A stretch of DNA of 62,628 bases from Candidatus Dormiibacterota bacterium (GCA_036824145.1 DAITAT010000003.1:1-62628); one strand, 5' to 3'. Shown: positions 17,734 to 27,074, counted from the stretch's first letter. Notes: a model not told the origin generated them from the letters alone. Translations and numbers: made by a program.

Positions 17734-18843
17734 TCAGTCGACGACGAGGATTCCCGCCCGCGGGATGTCGCCGGCAATCAACGGCCAGGGCGACTCGGGG
17801 GCGCGGGTGAGCTGCTCGAGCCCTTTCTCCAGAACCAGGAAGGTGTCCTCCGACTTGGCGCCCGGAACAGTTGGGTTCCAGGCCACCGCCATGCCGGCGG
17901 CGAGGGCGTACTCGACGCCTGGCTGAGCGAGGACTTCGCGGCCGGCGTAGCCGGTGGTGCCGCCTTGATGGTGCTCCTTCCAGTCGTCATAGAAGCCGCC
18001 AGCCGCGAATCGCTTCTCGCCGGCGGCGAATACCAGGCCCAAGGTGAGGCCGGGTCGGGATTTGGTCAGGTATGCGGTGTCGACGTCGACCACGGTGGCG
18101 TGCTTCTCGACCAGCTCGCCCGGCACCCGACCGAAGCTGAGGCAGCGGGTCACCGACGCATGCAGGCCATGACGCACCGCCGTCGTGGACGCGATCAACC
18201 CGCCGTCGATGACGGCCGCGGTCGGCAGCAGGTGCCGGAAACGCTCCGCCCGAGCCCGGGTCCCCACCAGCACCACCGACGGCTCGATGTCGCGAGCCTT
18301 GAGAGCGGCCGCCATCGCCCCGGCGACCTCGAGCTCGCTCCATCCCGGGCGGACCTCGAGCAGCGCCGTCTCCAATGCCTCAGCGGTCTCGGCACCAAGG
18401 CTCCGGTAGCGCTGTACGTCCGTCTCGCCGAGCACCCGGCGCAGGTCCGCCAGCATCGGCGCGGCATCGCCGGCGCCGGCCACCGCGACGTCCGCCAGCC
18501 AGCTGGCGGCCTGCGGCAGCAGCGGCCGGGCCGCCTGCCACAGCGGCAGCTGGTACCAGGGCCGGGCGACCACCGGCAGCGGTAGGTCGGCGAAGACCTC
18601 GGCGCGGAGGCGGGCCTCCTCGTTGTTGGGAGCCAGCAGCCAGGCCCCGTTGGCGCCGACCAGGATGCCGCAGAGGCCGGTCGGGCTGTCGGAGACGACG
18701 CGGTTGCCCCGGCCGCCGCAGAGCCATGCCACGTTGGCGAAGCCCTCAAGGTAGACGGCGTCGACGTCGGCGCCGAACATCGACGCCCGCAGCGCCGAGA
18801 GCTTCGCCCGTGTCTCGACCTGGTCGCCATAGGTCGTGCTCAT
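17734..18843 (-). CDS. M24 family metallopeptidase (Xaa-Pro aminopeptidase-like)
   Basis: Creatinase-like N-domain, HHQGG, WNPT, KSEDT; start 18843 or 18876. Confidence 0.8.
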   Translation of the reverse strand: MSTTYGDQVETRAKLSALRASMFGADVDAVYLEGFANVAWLCGGRGNRVVSDSPTGLCGILVGANGAWLLAPNNEEARLRAEVFADLPLPVVARPWYQLPLWQAARPLLPQAASWLADVAVAGAGDAAPMLADLRRVLGETDVQRYRSLGAETAEALETALLEVRPGWSELEVAGAMAAALKARDIEPSVVLVGTRARAERFRHLLPTAAVIDGGLIASTTAVRHGLHASVTRCLSFGRVPGELVEKHATVVDVDTAYLTKSRPGLTLGLVFAAGEKRFAAGGFYDDWKEHHQGGTTGYAGREVLAQPGVEYALAAGMAVAWNPTVPGAKSEDTFLVLEKGLEQLTRAPESPWPLIAGDIPRAGILVVD

Positions 18844-18892
18844 CGCGCCCGTCGGGAGTGTCTTCCAATCGTCCAAGCCATCGATGGTGTCA

Positions 18893-18927
18893 CAAAAGAA
18901 GAAGGGCCCCCGGGAGGGGCCCTTCTT
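18893..18927 (-). terminator. Intrinsic terminator
   Basis: AAGAAGGGCCCC-cggga-GGGGCCCTTCTT 12-bp stem followed by a U-rich tract on the minus strand. Confidence 0.85.
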
Positions 18928-18945
18928 GTTGGAATAGTTAATTGG

Positions 18946-19641
18946 TCAGGCTGGGGGTGTGGCGGCGGTGTTGGGCTTGGCGGCGCGGTCGATGTTGGCG
19001 GAGCGGACCACGGCGGCGTCGAAGACGTGCTGGCTGTCCTCCTGGCCCAGGGCCAGGACGCGGTCGCCAACCTTGAGGTCGGCGTAGCTGCCGGCCTTGT
19101 GGTTCTTGGCGGTGCCTTCGACGAACTTGGTGTTGGGTCCGGTGGTGACCTTGACGAGGTTGCCTTCCTTGGTGCGGATGGTGAAGCTCTTGCCATCGGC
19201 GTCCTTGCTGACGATGCGACCAGCCCTGTGGTCGGGCAGGATCACGACGCCGCGGGCGACCTTCTGGCCGTTATTGTCGACGAACCGGACGCCCACATCC
19301 TGGCCGAGGGCGAGGATCTCAACGCCGTGCTTGTCCTTGCTGCCCCAGCGATAGACGGCGGTCGTGCTGTTGAGCTCGACCGTGACGTCGTCCTTGGTGG
19401 TGGCATTGGTCTTCGGGTCGCGACGGCTGCGCTCGATGGTCATCTCTTTGTCGCTGAGCTTGATGATGGTGCCGCGGGCGCGATGCTTGGCGGCATCGGC
19501 CACGCTGGGGCCGGCCTTCGGGGTCGTCGCCGCGGCCAGGTTGGCCGTGAGATTGGGGGCACCGGCCAGGGCGGCCGATCCTCCGACGACACCGAGCGCG
19601 CCGACGCCGAGTAGAGCTTTGACTGCGATGGTCTTGAGCAT
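18946..19641 (-). CDS. Secreted DUF5666-like (OB-fold repeat) protein
   Basis: Signal-like N-terminus MLKTIAVKALLGVG; two similar repeats (TVELNSTT..LALGQDV / VTTGPNTKF..LKVGDRV); AGGAG before ATG 19641. Confidence 0.7.
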   Translation of the reverse strand: MLKTIAVKALLGVGALGVVGGSAALAGAPNLTANLAAATTPKAGPSVADAAKHRARGTIIKLSDKEMTIERSRRDPKTNATTKDDVTVELNSTTAVYRWGSKDKHGVEILALGQDVGVRFVDNNGQKVARGVVILPDHRAGRIVSKDADGKSFTIRTKEGNLVKVTTGPNTKFVEGTAKNHKAGSYADLKVGDRVLALGQEDSQHVFDAAVVRSANIDRAAKPNTAATPPA

Positions 19642-19737
19642 TTCCAGGGGTCTCCTTTGACTGTTGAAGCCTGCGGTTGGCGGGAGCGGCGCTCCGCCGA
19701 CCCAGCCCTGAGTCTGGGAGGGGGCGTTGAAGGGCAC

Positions 19738-19765
19738 CTGAGGCGAGACTTAGAGGCGACTTAGA
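19738..19765 (-). promoter_or_regulatory. Direct repeats with 11-bp period (OmpR/PhoB-type site candidate)
   Basis: Minus strand TCTAAG-N5-TCTAAG-N5-CCTCAG. Confidence 0.55.
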
Positions 19766-19801
19766 AAGGCTCCGGCCGCCCGCTCTAACGATCGGAATTG
19801 G

Positions 19802-20299
19802 CTACCTCTGCGGGTTGAACGCGGTCTCCGTGCCGCCCAGCTTCCTGAAATCCCAACTGACCTGCTTCCGTGGCCTGAGCCGCAGCCAGGCGTGGCGGTG
19901 GTCGTAGCCGAGCCAGGTCCCGCCGGTGTAGCGCTGGGCGAAGAGGCGCTCGGGCACGTCGAGGTCGGGGTTGGGCTCGCCCACCCGGGGCTGCTCCCCG
20001 ATGAACTCGACCTCGCCGATGAACTCCACCCCTCGCAGCTGGAAGTATTTCTCGCCGGCGTCGATCACCACTGAGACTCTCCGGTCGCGCTGCAGGTTCA
20101 CCCAGCGCTGGCTCTTGATGATCGAGTAGAGCCACAACGCGGTCCCGTCCCAGACGTACCAGAGGGCGCTGACGTGGGGGCCGCCGTCGGCGCCAATCGT
20201 GCCCACCCGGCAGACCAGCAGTTGTGCCAGGTGGGCGTCCCGCTCCTTGTCGCTCATGGCGATCTTGCGGGCCCGCTTCTGGGGCTCGATTCCATTCAT
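19802..20299 (-). CDS. Pyridoxamine 5'-phosphate oxidase-like (split-barrel FMN/F420-binding) protein
   Basis: GTIGADGGPHVSALWY, SQRWVNLQRDRRVSVVID. Confidence 0.85.
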   Translation of the reverse strand: MNGIEPQKRARKIAMSDKERDAHLAQLLVCRVGTIGADGGPHVSALWYVWDGTALWLYSIIKSQRWVNLQRDRRVSVVIDAGEKYFQLRGVEFIGEVEFIGEQPRVGEPNPDLDVPERLFAQRYTGGTWLGYDHRHAWLRLRPRKQVSWDFRKLGGTETAFNPQR

Positions 20300-20353
20300 A
20301 TTGCGGTTGCCAACCTCCCTCCTTTGAACCGTGATTATGTGCCTGGGATTGTC

Positions 20354-20383
20354 TTGACTTTTCCTCAGCAGTAGGACTAATCT
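20354..20383 (+). promoter_or_regulatory. Sigma70-type promoter of acyl-CoA dehydrogenase operon
   Basis: TTGACT-18 bp-TAATCT. Confidence 0.7.
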
Positions 20384-20404
20384 GCTCTACAACGCACCGC
20401 GTCA

Positions 20405-20418
20405 TGACTGTACCGTCA
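20405..20418. promoter_or_regulatory. Palindromic operator candidate TGACTGTACCGTCA
   Basis: TGAC-N6-GTCA just downstream of the promoter; near-identical copy at 24230. Confidence 0.55.
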
Positions 20419-20452
20419 CTTCGTTGCTCATGCGGCACACCCTGGAGGACCG

Positions 20453-21661
20453 ATGGTCAGCTTTGAACTGAGCGCCGAGCAGCTGGAGGTGAAGCAGTGG
20501 ATCCACGACTTCGCCGAGAAGCGGATCCGGCCTGCCGCCGCTGAGTGGGACGAGCGTGAGGAGACCCCTTGGCCTCTGATCCAGGAAGCTGCCGACATCG
20601 GTCTGTACTCCGTCGACTTCCTGCAGCAGAGCTTCGCCGGCAATGACGCCAGCGGTCTGCTCGGACCAATCGCCCAGGAGGAGCTCTTCTGGGGCGACGC
20701 CGGCATCGGGCTCTCGATCATGGGCTCGAGCCTGGCGGCCGCCGGCATCTTTGCCAGCGGCACCCCGGACCAGGTCCTGCAGTGGCTTCCGGAGTGTTAT
20801 GGCACCCCCAAGGACATCAAGCTGGGCGCCTTCGCCGTCACCGAGCCCAACGCGGGATCGGACGTGCGCAGTCTCAAGACCACGGCCAGGAAGGACGGGG
20901 ACGACTGGATCCTCAACGGCACCAAGGTCTTCATCACCAACGGCGGCATCGCCGATACCCACGTGGTGGTGGCGGCGGTCGATCCGGATCTGGGGGCCAA
21001 GGGGCAGGCCACGTTCGTCGTTCCCAAGGGCACCAAGGGCATCTCGCAGGGTGCCAAGCATAAGAAGATGGGCATCCGCGCCTCGCACACCGCCGAGGTC
21101 ATCCTCGAGGACTGCCGGATCCCCGGCGACTACCTGCTCGGCGGCGAGGACAAGCTGGAGGCGCGCCTGGCCAGGGCCAAGGAGGGCCACGTCGGCAAGG
21201 GCTCGGGCGCGCTGCGGACCTTCGAGATGACCCGCCCCCTGGTGGGAGCGCAGGCCGTGGGCATCGCCCGCGCCGCCTACGAGTTCTCGCTGCAGTACGC
21301 CCAGGAGCGGACCGCATTCGGGCGCCCCATCATCGAAAACCAGGCCATCGCCTTCAAGCTCGCCGACATGATCACCGAGATCGAGGCCTCGCGCTTGCTG
21401 GTCTGGCACGCCGCCTGGATGGCGCGGTCGGGCCAGGAGTTCGACAAGGGCCAGGGCTCGATGTCAAAGCTCAAGGCCGGCGAGATGGCGGTCTGGGTGA
21501 CCGAGCAGGCGATCCAGATCCTCGGCGGCTACGGCTACCTCCGCGACTACCCGGTGGAGCGCTGGCACCGCGATTCCAAGATCTACACCATCTTCGAGGG
21601 CACCTCGGAGATCCAGCGACTGGTTATCTCGCGCGCCATCTCCGGCTCACGGGCGATGTAG
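20453..21661 (+). CDS. Acyl-CoA dehydrogenase
   Basis: [55 protein letters not shown]. Confidence 0.95.
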   Translation: MVSFELSAEQLEVKQWIHDFAEKRIRPAAAEWDEREETPWPLIQEAADIGLYSVDFLQQSFAGNDASGLLGPIAQEELFWGDAGIGLSIMGSSLAAAGIFASGTPDQVLQWLPECYGTPKDIKLGAFAVTEPNAGSDVRSLKTTARKDGDDWILNGTKVFITNGGIADTHVVVAAVDPDLGAKGQATFVVPKGTKGISQGAKHKKMGIRASHTAEVILEDCRIPGDYLLGGEDKLEARLARAKEGHVGKGSGALRTFEMTRPLVGAQAVGIARAAYEFSLQYAQERTAFGRPIIENQAIAFKLADMITEIEASRLLVWHAAWMARSGQEFDKGQGSMSKLKAGEMAVWVTEQAIQILGGYGYLRDYPVERWHRDSKIYTIFEGTSEIQRLVISRAISGSRAM

Positions 21662-21721
21662 TTGGCTGCCCTGGCGGGGCGGGCTACCATGATTCCCCAT
21701 TTGGCTGAGTAGGAGGCACCG

Positions 21722-22222
21722 ATGGCCAACACGGTGGAGAACAGCATCGAGATCGACCGGCCGGCGGCCGACGTTTTTGCCTTCGTCGACGCCTACAGGA
21801 ACAGCACCCGATATGTCGTCGGCATGACCGAGTACAAGCCGACCACCAGGCAGACCAGCGGCAAGGGCTCCAAGTTCAAGTTCGTCAAGAAGACGACCGG
21901 CTTGCCCGACATTAGGTCTGAGATCGAGATCACCGACTGGCAGAAGGACAAGAAGATCACCTTCAAGTCGTTCGCGGGCTTTGAGAACGGCGGGACCTAC
22001 ACCTTTATCGGTCGGGGCGACAAGAGCGTGGTCCGGCTCAACAACACCTACGACCTCAGCAGCCTGATCGGTGGCAATCGGGGCGGCCTCCTTGGCGGCA
22101 TTGCCAAGGCAGCCGGCGGGGCCATCAGCAAAGTGGCGGAGGGCCAGGTGCGCAAAGACCTGACGACCTCCCTGGAGAAGCTCCGCTCGCTGGTCGAGAA
22201 AGAGGTCGAGGCCCGGCCATGA
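21722..22222 (+). CDS. SRPBCC/polyketide cyclase (START-like) family protein
   Basis: SIEIDRPAADVFAFV N-terminus, C-terminal helix DLTTSLEKLRSLVE; AGGAGG RBS. Confidence 0.8.
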   Translation: MANTVENSIEIDRPAADVFAFVDAYRNSTRYVVGMTEYKPTTRQTSGKGSKFKFVKKTTGLPDIRSEIEITDWQKDKKITFKSFAGFENGGTYTFIGRGDKSVVRLNNTYDLSSLIGGNRGGLLGGIAKAAGGAISKVAEGQVRKDLTTSLEKLRSLVEKEVEARP

Positions 22223-23100
22223 CCCGCGGCCGCGCCGCCGGCGAAGCCCTGGCTCTCGAGCCGCGCTTCGTCAAGGTCGGCCGCGGCCGCATCTTCCGCT
22301 ACGACGTCGGTGAGGGCGAGCCGGTCATCCTGCTGCACGGCTACAACCACCACGCCGAGGCCTGGGTGCGCAACATCGCTCCACTGGCCGCCACCGGCCG
22401 GCGCGTGATCGCCCTCGACCTGCCGGGCTTCGGTCGCTCCGGGATCCCCAAGATGCGCTATTCGCTGACGGGCTACGCCGAGTTCCTGGTCAAATTCATG
22501 GATGCGCTGACGATCGATTCAGCCCACCTCGTGGGGAGCTCGATGGGCGGCGCGATCGCGCTCCGCACCGGCGTAGATCACCCCGACCGGGTCCGGACCG
22601 TCACCGGGGCCGGCGCCGCCGGCTTTTTCACCAGCGTCCCCAGGGCCTGGTCGATCGCGGCCAACCCGCTGGCAAAGCTCCTGATCCGACCCTTACTGGG
22701 CCAGAAGCGTCTTCTCGAGTGGTCGCACAGCCGCGCCTATTACGACTCCAGCCTGTCCTCGACCCAGCAAACCGACCTGATGGCCGAGGCCTACGCCCAG
22801 CCCGGCTACAAGGACCACATCCTGGGCATGGCCGAGAGCATGCTGCTGGCTTCCGAGGACGAACTGCTGTGGGACACGCTCCCAACCATCAAGGCGCCGG
22901 TCCTGATCGTTTGGGGGCGGCAGGATCGCACCATCTCGGTGCAGCACGCGTACCGGGCGGCCCAGCGGATTCCCACCGCCGAGATCGTGATCTACGACAA
23001 GTGTGGGCACCTGCCGATGTATGAGAAGCCGGTCGACTTCAACCGCGACCTCAGCGACTTCCTGGCCCGCCACCAGCAGGGCGTCGGCCCCGAGCCCTGA
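22219..23100 (+). CDS. Alpha/beta hydrolase
   Basis: LLHG, DLPGFG, GSSMGG nucleophile elbow, WGRQD, CGHLP. Confidence 0.9.
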   Translation: MTRGRAAGEALALEPRFVKVGRGRIFRYDVGEGEPVILLHGYNHHAEAWVRNIAPLAATGRRVIALDLPGFGRSGIPKMRYSLTGYAEFLVKFMDALTIDSAHLVGSSMGGAIALRTGVDHPDRVRTVTGAGAAGFFTSVPRAWSIAANPLAKLLIRPLLGQKRLLEWSHSRAYYDSSLSSTQQTDLMAEAYAQPGYKDHILGMAESMLLASEDELLWDTLPTIKAPVLIVWGRQDRTISVQHAYRAAQRIPTAEIVIYDKCGHLPMYEKPVDFNRDLSDFLARHQQGVGPEP

Positions 23101-23105
23101 AGGGG

Positions 23106-23999
23106 TTAGGCCGCGACTGGTTCTGTGGCTCTCGAGGGGTCCTTGCCGCTCACCGTGACCCCGATCGAGGCCGCGATCACCAGCACCAGGCCGGTGGCTT
23201 CCAGGGCCGAGACATGCTGGCCCAGGACCAGGAAGCCCATCAGCGCCGCCATGAACGGCTGCAGGCTGAGGAGAACGCCGAAAACCGTCGGTGGGACGCG
23301 CTCCATCGCCATCAGCTCGACGCTGTAGGGGATCGCGGAGCTGAGGATGCCGACGCCGATGCCCAGCGCCAGGAAGTGGGGCTGGGCCAGCGCCGGCGCC
23401 GCCTGGTAGACAGCCGGCACCACCAGGACCGCCGCGCTCGCGACCATCGCCAGCGCCAGGGTGTCGGAGCGGCGGCCGCCGATGGCGACCCTGCGGCCGA
23501 CCAGGATGTAGGCGCCCCAACACGTGCCGGCGAGCAAGACGAAGCCCATGCCGGCGTAACTGAGGTGATCCGGCCCGGGGTGGGATATGGTCAGCACCCC
23601 GGCCGCCGCCAGCGCCACCCAGAGCAGCTCCCGGCGCGCCGACGAAGTCAGCGCGGCGACCGCGATCGGTCCCGCGAACTCGACAGCGACGGCGTCACCA
23701 AGAGGCAAGCGGGCGATGCCGGCGTAGAAGCTGGTGTTCATCACGCCCAGGATCAGGCCGAGCACCAGCGCCGGCCGCCAGCTGAGGTCGCGCAGGGTGC
23801 CCCGGCTCGCTCCTAGCAGCGCCATCAGGACCAACGCGCCCACCAGGTTCCGAAACATCGCCGCCATCGCCGGCGTCGACGACGAGATCAAGCCGACCGC
23901 GAAGGCCGCGCCCAGCTGGGCAGAGAAGGCGCTCCCCACGACCAGGCCGGCGGCGGTCAGGCGCCTCCCCGTGTGGCTGTCGCGATCGATTGTCCACAT
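23106..23999 (-). CDS. EamA/RhtA-family exporter
   Basis: SAQLGAAFA, RLPLGDAVAVEFAGP, SAIPYSVE, FGVLLSLQP; about 10 TM. Confidence 0.88.
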   Translation of the reverse strand: MWTIDRDSHTGRRLTAAGLVVGSAFSAQLGAAFAVGLISSSTPAMAAMFRNLVGALVLMALLGASRGTLRDLSWRPALVLGLILGVMNTSFYAGIARLPLGDAVAVEFAGPIAVAALTSSARRELLWVALAAAGVLTISHPGPDHLSYAGMGFVLLAGTCWGAYILVGRRVAIGGRRSDTLALAMVASAAVLVVPAVYQAAPALAQPHFLALGIGVGILSSAIPYSVELMAMERVPPTVFGVLLSLQPFMAALMGFLVLGQHVSALEATGLVLVIAASIGVTVSGKDPSRATEPVAA

Positions 24000-24143
24000 C
24001 CCTAAGCGCCGGCGCCTTCGGCGGGTGGCGTCCTGGGGTCGCCATCACCGCAAACCGCGACCTGCCTCGGGGTTTCTGTCATCGCTGAAGATCGAGGCTA
24101 GCATCCGGCTGTGAGGCCCCGGCTTCTAAAATCGCGAGACCGC

Positions 24144-24225
24144 GTCGGCGTGGTGAAACCGGTAGACACGCCAGCTTTAGGAGCTGGTCCCGCAAGGGGT
24201 GGAGGTTCGAATCCTCTCGCCGACA
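24144..24225 (+). tRNA. tRNA-Leu (anticodon TAG), CCA not encoded
   Basis: GTCGGCG/CGCCGAC acceptor stem, D-loop GGTAGAC, CCAGC-TT-TAG-GA-GCTGG anticodon arm, long variable arm, GGTTCGAATCC. Confidence 0.95.
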
Positions 24226-24247
24226 TTTCTGACGCTACCGTCAGAAA
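24226..24247. promoter_or_regulatory. Inverted repeat/operator TTTCTGAC-GCTACC-GTCAGAAA plus extended -10 TGgTATCTT (24252-24260)
   Basis: Perfect 8-bp arms; could also act as a tRNA 3' hairpin. Confidence 0.55.
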
Positions 24248-24288
24248 ATCGTGGTATCTTGGGGCCACTGATTTCGCGGGAGGAAGAC

Positions 24289-25209
24289 ATGGCCACAGCC
24301 ATCGCTGACATCGAACAGGCCTCGCTGACGCAGCTGGCCAACACCCACATTGACGACGTCCTCGTCCTCCTCGACGACGGCCTCGAGCGGCTCCCGTCTT
24401 ACCGCGAGCTATACCTGCGCTGGGAGCGCCAACAGTGGAAGACCCAGGACATCGACTTCACCCAGGACAAGCTGGACTTTGAGCGCCTCGAGGTCGAGTA
24501 CAGCGAGGAAATGCTGGAGCAAACGCGCAAGACCAACGCGTCGTTCTGGATCGGCGAGCACCAGGTCACCGTCGACCTGCTCCCGTTTGTGATCGCCGCG
24601 CCCGACACCGAGCAGAAGCTCTTCCTCACCACCCAGGTTGTCGATGAGGCCCGCCACATGGTCTTCTTCGACGATTACTACACCAAGGTCGTGGGCGTCG
24701 AGGGCAAAGACCTCCACACCCGGATCTTCGACGAGAAGCCCCACGTTTATCGGGCCTACGACGACATCTTTTTCGGCACCCTGGCGCGCATCTCCGACGA
24801 CATGCGCAAAGACCCCGAGAACTACGAATTGCTGGTGCGCGGCGTGACCGTTTACCACATCGTCATCGAGGGCTTCCTGGCCCTGACCGGTCAGCGTTTC
24901 AACCTCGACTACAGCAAGAAGCAGGGCCTCTTCCCGGGCTTCCGGGCCGGCTTCACCGCGGTCATGCGCGACGAGTCCCGTCACATCACCTTCGGGACCA
25001 AGTTCCTCTACGACGCCATCCATAGCGACCCCAAATGGGTCGGCGTCATCACCGACCAGCTGATGCAGACGCTGCCGCTGTCGATGACCCTGCTCCAGGA
25101 TTCGGACCCGACCCTGTTCGGCTACACCCAGGACGAGATCAACGATTTCGCCCTGCGCTCGTTGGATAAGCGGCTCCGGGTGATCGGCGTCCCCAACCCG
25201 CTCGGGTAG
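24289..25209 (+). CDS. R2-like ligand-binding oxidase (R2lox) / ferritin-like dimetal oxidase
   Basis: GEHQVTVDLLP, DEARH, YHIVIEGFLA, DESRH ligand set; GGAGG RBS; no R1 subunit in window. Confidence 0.8.
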   Translation: MATAIADIEQASLTQLANTHIDDVLVLLDDGLERLPSYRELYLRWERQQWKTQDIDFTQDKLDFERLEVEYSEEMLEQTRKTNASFWIGEHQVTVDLLPFVIAAPDTEQKLFLTTQVVDEARHMVFFDDYYTKVVGVEGKDLHTRIFDEKPHVYRAYDDIFFGTLARISDDMRKDPENYELLVRGVTVYHIVIEGFLALTGQRFNLDYSKKQGLFPGFRAGFTAVMRDESRHITFGTKFLYDAIHSDPKWVGVITDQLMQTLPLSMTLLQDSDPTLFGYTQDEINDFALRSLDKRLRVIGVPNPLG

Positions 25210-25279
25210 ACAGCCTCTTAACCACGCTTCGCTGTCCAGGGTGTTCCTGCGGGGACAGGGCCGGACCTAGACTCTGACA

Positions 25280-25975
25280 ATGCCGTTGCTGAGGATCGCC
25301 GCCGGCGGTGGTCTGCGCCCCTATATCGACAAGGCCGCTCCCGGCGTGCGCTTCATGGTACAGGCGGTGGTGGCGCACAAGGCGATCGCGATCTTCATGG
25401 TCATCGCCCTCGAAGAGATCGGGGTGCCCTTGCCGCTACCGGGCGATGTTTTCATCGCCTACGCCGGGCACCTGGTCGCACGGCAGCGAATCGGGACTAC
25501 CGCGGCTTTCTTGTCAATCGTGTTGGGGTCGATGGTCGGCTCCAGCGTCCTTTACTACCTCGCCCGCCGCTACGGCCAGCCCTTCGTCCAGAAGTACGGG
25601 CCGTACATGCACATCAAGCAGAAGCGGCTGGACATGGTGGAGCGCTGGTTCGTCCGCCACGGGCCGCTGGTGATCGTCTTCGGCCGCCAGATCCCGGGCC
25701 TCCGCATGGTGATCTCGGTTTTCGCCGGCGTTTTCGGGGTCAGCTACCCGGTGTTCCTGGCTTCCGTGACGGTGGCCGCGTCGATCTGGGCGGGGATGTT
25801 CCTGGCCATCGGCTACAAGCTCGAAAGCCATCTCGGGCCGTATATGACGATCACGCCACTGCACCTCCTGCCCAGCATCATCTTCATCAGCAGCAGCATC
25901 ATCTACGGCTTCGTCCTCAAGCACCGTGCGGTGAAAGACGAGAAGCGGCTGCTGGCGCTGCAGGACACCACCTGA
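25280..25975 (+). CDS. DedA family membrane protein
   Basis: LEEIGVPLPLPGD, GSSVLYYLARRYG, FGRQIPGLR; TAGACT-N6-ATG leaderless. Confidence 0.9.
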   Translation: MPLLRIAAGGGLRPYIDKAAPGVRFMVQAVVAHKAIAIFMVIALEEIGVPLPLPGDVFIAYAGHLVARQRIGTTAAFLSIVLGSMVGSSVLYYLARRYGQPFVQKYGPYMHIKQKRLDMVERWFVRHGPLVIVFGRQIPGLRMVISVFAGVFGVSYPVFLASVTVAASIWAGMFLAIGYKLESHLGPYMTITPLHLLPSIIFISSSIIYGFVLKHRAVKDEKRLLALQDTT

Positions 25976-25985
25976 CCGGGCCCTG

Positions 25986-26510
25986 ATGCCTGACAGCCTC
26001 GAAGGCAGCACCGACGCCGAGTTGAGGGCGACCATCAGCGAGTTCGAGGGCAGGGCGGCGCCCCTGCAGCAGCAGCTCGCGGCGATCCGGGCCGAGGTCG
26101 ATGCCGTTCGCACCGAGCTCAGGCGCCGGGAGCGGATGGCCCAGCTGGGGCAGCGCCAGGCAGTGCGGGCAGAGCTGGCGGCAGGCAACCTGGCCGGCCT
26201 CGTGGAGGTGGTCTCGGGCGCCGTCGACCCCGGCGGAACCGGCGCCCTCGACGACTACCGCTTCCTCCGCGAGAGCGCCACCGAGGTCAGGCTGGGCTAT
26301 GCCTCATCGAGCCACCAGAGCTTCAGCTTCAGCGACGGGACGGCCACCGAAGAGGCCGACAACCTGGCCACCGCCCGAGAGCTGTACGCCCGCGGCTGGG
26401 AATTCGGTACCGCCCAGGCGCGAGGCGTCCGCGTCTACGCGGCCGGCACCCGCGCCGAACGGGTTGTCCCCGCCGCCGAAATCCACGTCCAGGCTCGCAA
26501 CTCCACCTGA
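25986..26510 (+). CDS. Hypothetical protein with N-terminal coiled coil
   Basis: Coding-like composition, fills the gap; no recognised family. Confidence 0.75.
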   Translation: MPDSLEGSTDAELRATISEFEGRAAPLQQQLAAIRAEVDAVRTELRRRERMAQLGQRQAVRAELAAGNLAGLVEVVSGAVDPGGTGALDDYRFLRESATEVRLGYASSSHQSFSFSDGTATEEADNLATARELYARGWEFGTAQARGVRVYAAGTRAERVVPAAEIHVQARNST

Positions 26511-26545
26511 GCTGGGCGGGAATTCCCGCCGTGGCCGATCCGTTA

Positions 26546-26574
26546 TAGAATCCCTACTCAACCGATAGGGATTT
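26546..26574 (+). promoter_or_regulatory. -10 TAGAAT overlapped by CymR/Rrf2-like inverted repeat
   Basis: AATCCCTA-CTCAACCGA-TAGGGATT (26549-26573). Confidence 0.6.
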
Positions 26575-26604
26575 AGAAAGCGAGATCAGGGCAAGGAGGA
26601 TTCA

Positions 26605-27072
26605 GTGGCGGCACAGGCGTTTGATCGCAGCGTCCTGAAGGTTGGGCAGGCCTTCATCATCGGCATCAACATGGTGGCTTTCGCGCTTGGCTTCGTGCTC
26701 CAGGTGAAGTACGCGTGGACGCTCTCGACGCTGGTTGGGCTGATCATGCTGGGCGGCATCGCCAACTCCAACCTGGCCCTTTTCAAGCGGATCTACCTGA
26801 GCCTCCTCAAGCCCCGAGGCATCGTCAAACCCAACGTGGTCCAGGAGGACGCCACCCCGCATCAGTTCGCCCAGGGCGTGGGCGGATCCTTCCTGCTGTT
26901 CGCCACCATCGCCTTCCTGGCGGGCGCCGTCGAAGCCGGCTGGATCCTCGTCTGGATCGTGATCGTGCTGGCCTTCGTCAACTTCGCCTTCGACTTTTGC
27001 GTCGGCTGCCAGATGTACTTCCAGCTCGACCGTTTACACCTCATCCCGCATCGGAGTGATGCGGCGGCCTGA
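26605..27072 (+). CDS. DUF4395 family membrane protein
   Basis: PHQFAQGVG, LAFVNFAFDFCVGCQMY; AAGGAGG RBS. Confidence 0.85.
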   Translation: MAAQAFDRSVLKVGQAFIIGINMVAFALGFVLQVKYAWTLSTLVGLIMLGGIANSNLALFKRIYLSLLKPRGIVKPNVVQEDATPHQFAQGVGGSFLLFATIAFLAGAVEAGWILVWIVIVLAFVNFAFDFCVGCQMYFQLDRLHLIPHRSDAAA

Positions 27073-27074
27073 CC

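Noticed and set aside
24144-24300. tRNA-Leu as an integration site or island boundary
   Set aside because: No integrase, no duplicated tRNA 3' end and no visible compositional shift
24289-25209. Ribonucleotide reductase beta subunit regulated by NrdR
   Set aside because: Motif pattern fits R2lox, no alpha subunit nearby, and no NrdR box seen in its promoter
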